In this document: positions 62,143 through 64,000 of the stretch, in pieces
Layout of the letters: each line of letters opens with the position of its first letter
Position numbering within the stretch: position 1 is the first letter of the stretch
Assembly (NCBI GenBank): GCA_963849135.1
Contig: CAWKGF010000005.1
Location: 22,826 to 86,825, forward strand
Direction of reading: 5' to 3'
Source of the DNA: an uncultured Actinomycetes bacterium
GTDB taxonomy: Bacteria > Actinomycetota > Acidimicrobiia > IMCC26256 > PALSA-555
Length of the DNA: 64,000 nucleotides
Made by a program: the position numbers and the translations under genes
Notes under the pieces: generated by a model
Databases searched by the model: none
The model's input: only the letters and a program-made list of their open reading frames with translations
Told to the model about the DNA's origin: nothing

Positions 62143-62764
62143 TCAGTCGCACCCGGCGGCCTCGGTCCCGTCGAGGGTGAGGGGTTGCTCGTCGAGGAGC
62201 GCGATCCGGGCCCCCAAGGTCAGTCCGGCCGGGTGGGCGTGCAGCCAGATCCCGCCCAGGTTCGGCACCGGGTGCGGCTCGCCGCCGAGGTGGGCTTCCA
62301 CCACCCGGATGACACCGCCGTGCGAGACCACCACCACGGTCGCGCCGTCGGGCACGGTCGCGGCGCAGCGCGTCGAGCGCGGGCCGACAGCGGATGGCGA
62401 GCGCGGCGTCGTCCTCCCAGCCGTCGGGGCGCCACCCGTCGGCGGCCCACCCGGGGTGCGACGCGTCGAGCTGCTCGCGGGTGAGGCCAGCCCATGCGCC
62501 GACGTCGCGTTCACGCAGCCGGCGGTCGAAGCGGACCTCGGCGCCTGGTCGGGCGAGGATCGCCGCCGTGCTCGCGGCCCGGGTGAGGTCCGAGGACCAC
62601 ACTGCGTCGATCGTGACCGCGTCGAGCGCCGCGGCGGCACCGCGGGCCTGCTCGGCGCCGGCGACGCTGAGCGGCGGGTCAGCCTGCCCCTGCCAGCGCC
62701 CTTCGGCGTTCCAGGTCGACTCGCCGTGCCGGACCAGCAGCAGCCGGCCCGGCGACGTGCCCAT
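62143..62764 (-). CDS. Histidine phosphatase family protein (GpmB/PhoE-like), frameshift near 62368
   Basis: MGTSPGRLLLVRHGESTWNAEGRWQG...SSDLTRA... in ORF 61652..62968. It continues ATVPDGATVVVVSHGGVIRVV...* in ORF 62143..63432. Confidence 0.75.
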
Positions 62765-62920
62765 CGTCGGACGGTAGCGTGCGCGACCGTGCCCGCCCCG
62801 AGCGGTTCGGCAACCCCGGCGGCCCAACGTCTTGCTCGACGCCCCGCTCGCACCGTCCCGCTGACGCCACCCAGCTCCCGGCCCCGACCGCGCGCGGAGC
62901 GGCCCCAGTAGGTTGTGGCC

Positions 62921-63958
62921 ATGAGCGACGCCACGATCATCGACAACGACCGGGAGACGTCGGTGCACGCCACCATCGGATCCGACCGCTTCGCCGTCTC
63001 AGCCGACGAGCTCGAGGCGGCGACGGGCTGGACCCTGAAGCCCGAGGGTCTGTGCCGCGACGCGGTGTGCGTTCCGGTCCGGGACCGCGACTCGCTGGTC
63101 GGCGCGGACGGCGTCGACCTGGCCGCGTTCGCGGCGCTGCTCGACCGGCCGCTGGCGGTCGAGTCGGCGGTCGGGCTGGCGGTGCTCGGCGAGGCCCCCG
63201 CCGTGCTCGAGCAGGCCCAGCGGTCCCTCGACGCGCCCGACGTCACCCTGCCTGATCTCGACGGGCATCCGGTGTCGCTGTCCGACTTCGACGGCCGCAA
63301 GCGGATGCTCTTCGCCTGGGCGTCCTGGTGAGGCTGCCGCTGGGACCTGCCCGTGTGGCAGGAGCTGCACGAAGAGCTCGCCCCCCGGGGGCTGGTCATC
63401 CTCGCCGTCGCCCTCGATGAGGACCTCGACACGATCCGGCACTGCGCCCGGGACGAATTGCCGGTCCCCCTCAGCTACCCGGTGCTCCTCGACCGCGACC
63501 ACCTGCTCGCGGAGCGGTACGGGATCGTGAACGTCCCGACGACGGTCTGGATCGACGAGCAGCGACGACTCGTCCGACCGCCCGCCATCGCGCCGGCCGA
63601 CGACCGGTTCCGCGACTTCACCCAGATCGACTCGTCGGTGCACCACGCTGCGCTGCGGCGCTGGGTGCTCGACGACGTCGCGCCCCTCACCGAGGCCGAG
63701 ATCCACGATCGGCAGGCGCGACCCGACCGGGCGGTGCAGCAGGCCCGAGCCGAGCGGCGACTCGCGGTCCATCTCCTGCGGGTCGGCGAGCCCGACCGGG
63801 CCCAGCAGCATCTCGCCGCCGCGCTGGCTCTGGCGCCGAACGACTGGACGATCCAGCGCGGGTCGATGCCGCTCCGCGGCGAGGACCCGTTCGGGCCGGC
63901 GTTCTTCGACTTCTACCAGTCGTGGGAAGCCGCGGGGCGCCCGGGGTACGGGTCGTGA
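62921..63958 (+). CDS. ResA/TlpA-like thioredoxin-fold protein with in-frame TGA (63329-63331) at the active site: candidate selenoprotein (WASW-U-GC)
   Basis: ORFs 62915..63331 and 63353..63958 share one frame and are separated only by one TGA. Read-through gives DFDGRKRMLFAWASW-TGA-GCRWDLPVWQELHEELAPRGLVILAVALDED...YGIVNVPTTVWID, a redoxin fold. Confidence 0.6.
63334..63361 (+). promoter_or_regulatory. Candidate bacterial SECIS hairpin
   Basis: CUGCCGC-U-GGG-ACCUG-CCC-GU-GUGGCAG. 11 pairs (one G-U), one bulged U, and an apical loop 14-18 nt after the UGA. Confidence 0.45.
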
Positions 63959-64000
63959 AGGCGGAGGTCGTCGCGACCGGGATCCGCTTCCCGGAGGGGC
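63955..64000 (+). CDS. Start of an SMP-30/gluconolactonase/LRE-like protein (partial)
   Basis: The GTG overlaps the upstream TGA. VKAEVVATGIRFPEG resembles the N-terminus of this family. Only 15 codons are visible. Confidence 0.35.
   Translation, partial: MKAEVVATGIRFPEG

Overview
High-GC (~70%) chromosomal segment, probably from an actinobacterium (F420/LLM-type oxidoreductase, HelD, DUF1214, MazEF, split MFE-2-type SDR plus MaoC). About 60 genes are supported. They include an IdeR-box-preceded Fe3+ ABC uptake locus, an ABC-2 exporter, cfa, and a decayed type III glutamine synthetase. A ~10 kb stretch with lower GC3 (13.3-23.3 kb) holds a secreted alpha/beta-hydrolase, a GH38 alpha-mannosidase split by an IS256-family element, a GHMP sugar kinase, a methyltransferase, SixA, gene remnants and mazEF. 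After it come a TetR-linked acyl-CoA catabolic cluster (24-37 kb), a Liv-type and a Dpp/Opp-type ABC importer, lon, fumC, two metallopeptidases and helD. The best lead is at 62921-63958. A ResA/TlpA-like thioredoxin-fold gene has a single in-frame TGA exactly at the first active-site Cys position (WASW-TGA-GC), followed 3 nt later by a SECIS-like hairpin, so it is a candidate selenoprotein that ORF callers split in two. Other leads are the exact reconstruction of the IS256 insertion (8-bp target duplication inside the GH38 HTHWD motif), a local array of 11-bp-phased TGATGGGAT repeats, and a Liv permease fusion with an extra 6-TM domain. A PLP sugar aminotransferase homologue also has His in place of the Schiff-base Lys. 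Major caveat: I count about 21 frameshifts in otherwise well-conserved genes, several of them at C/G homopolymers. Two tight clusters lie in the Fe-binding protein and in glnN. The assembly is therefore indel-error-prone, the genome is decaying, or both. All coordinates come from hand translation and starts are approximate.
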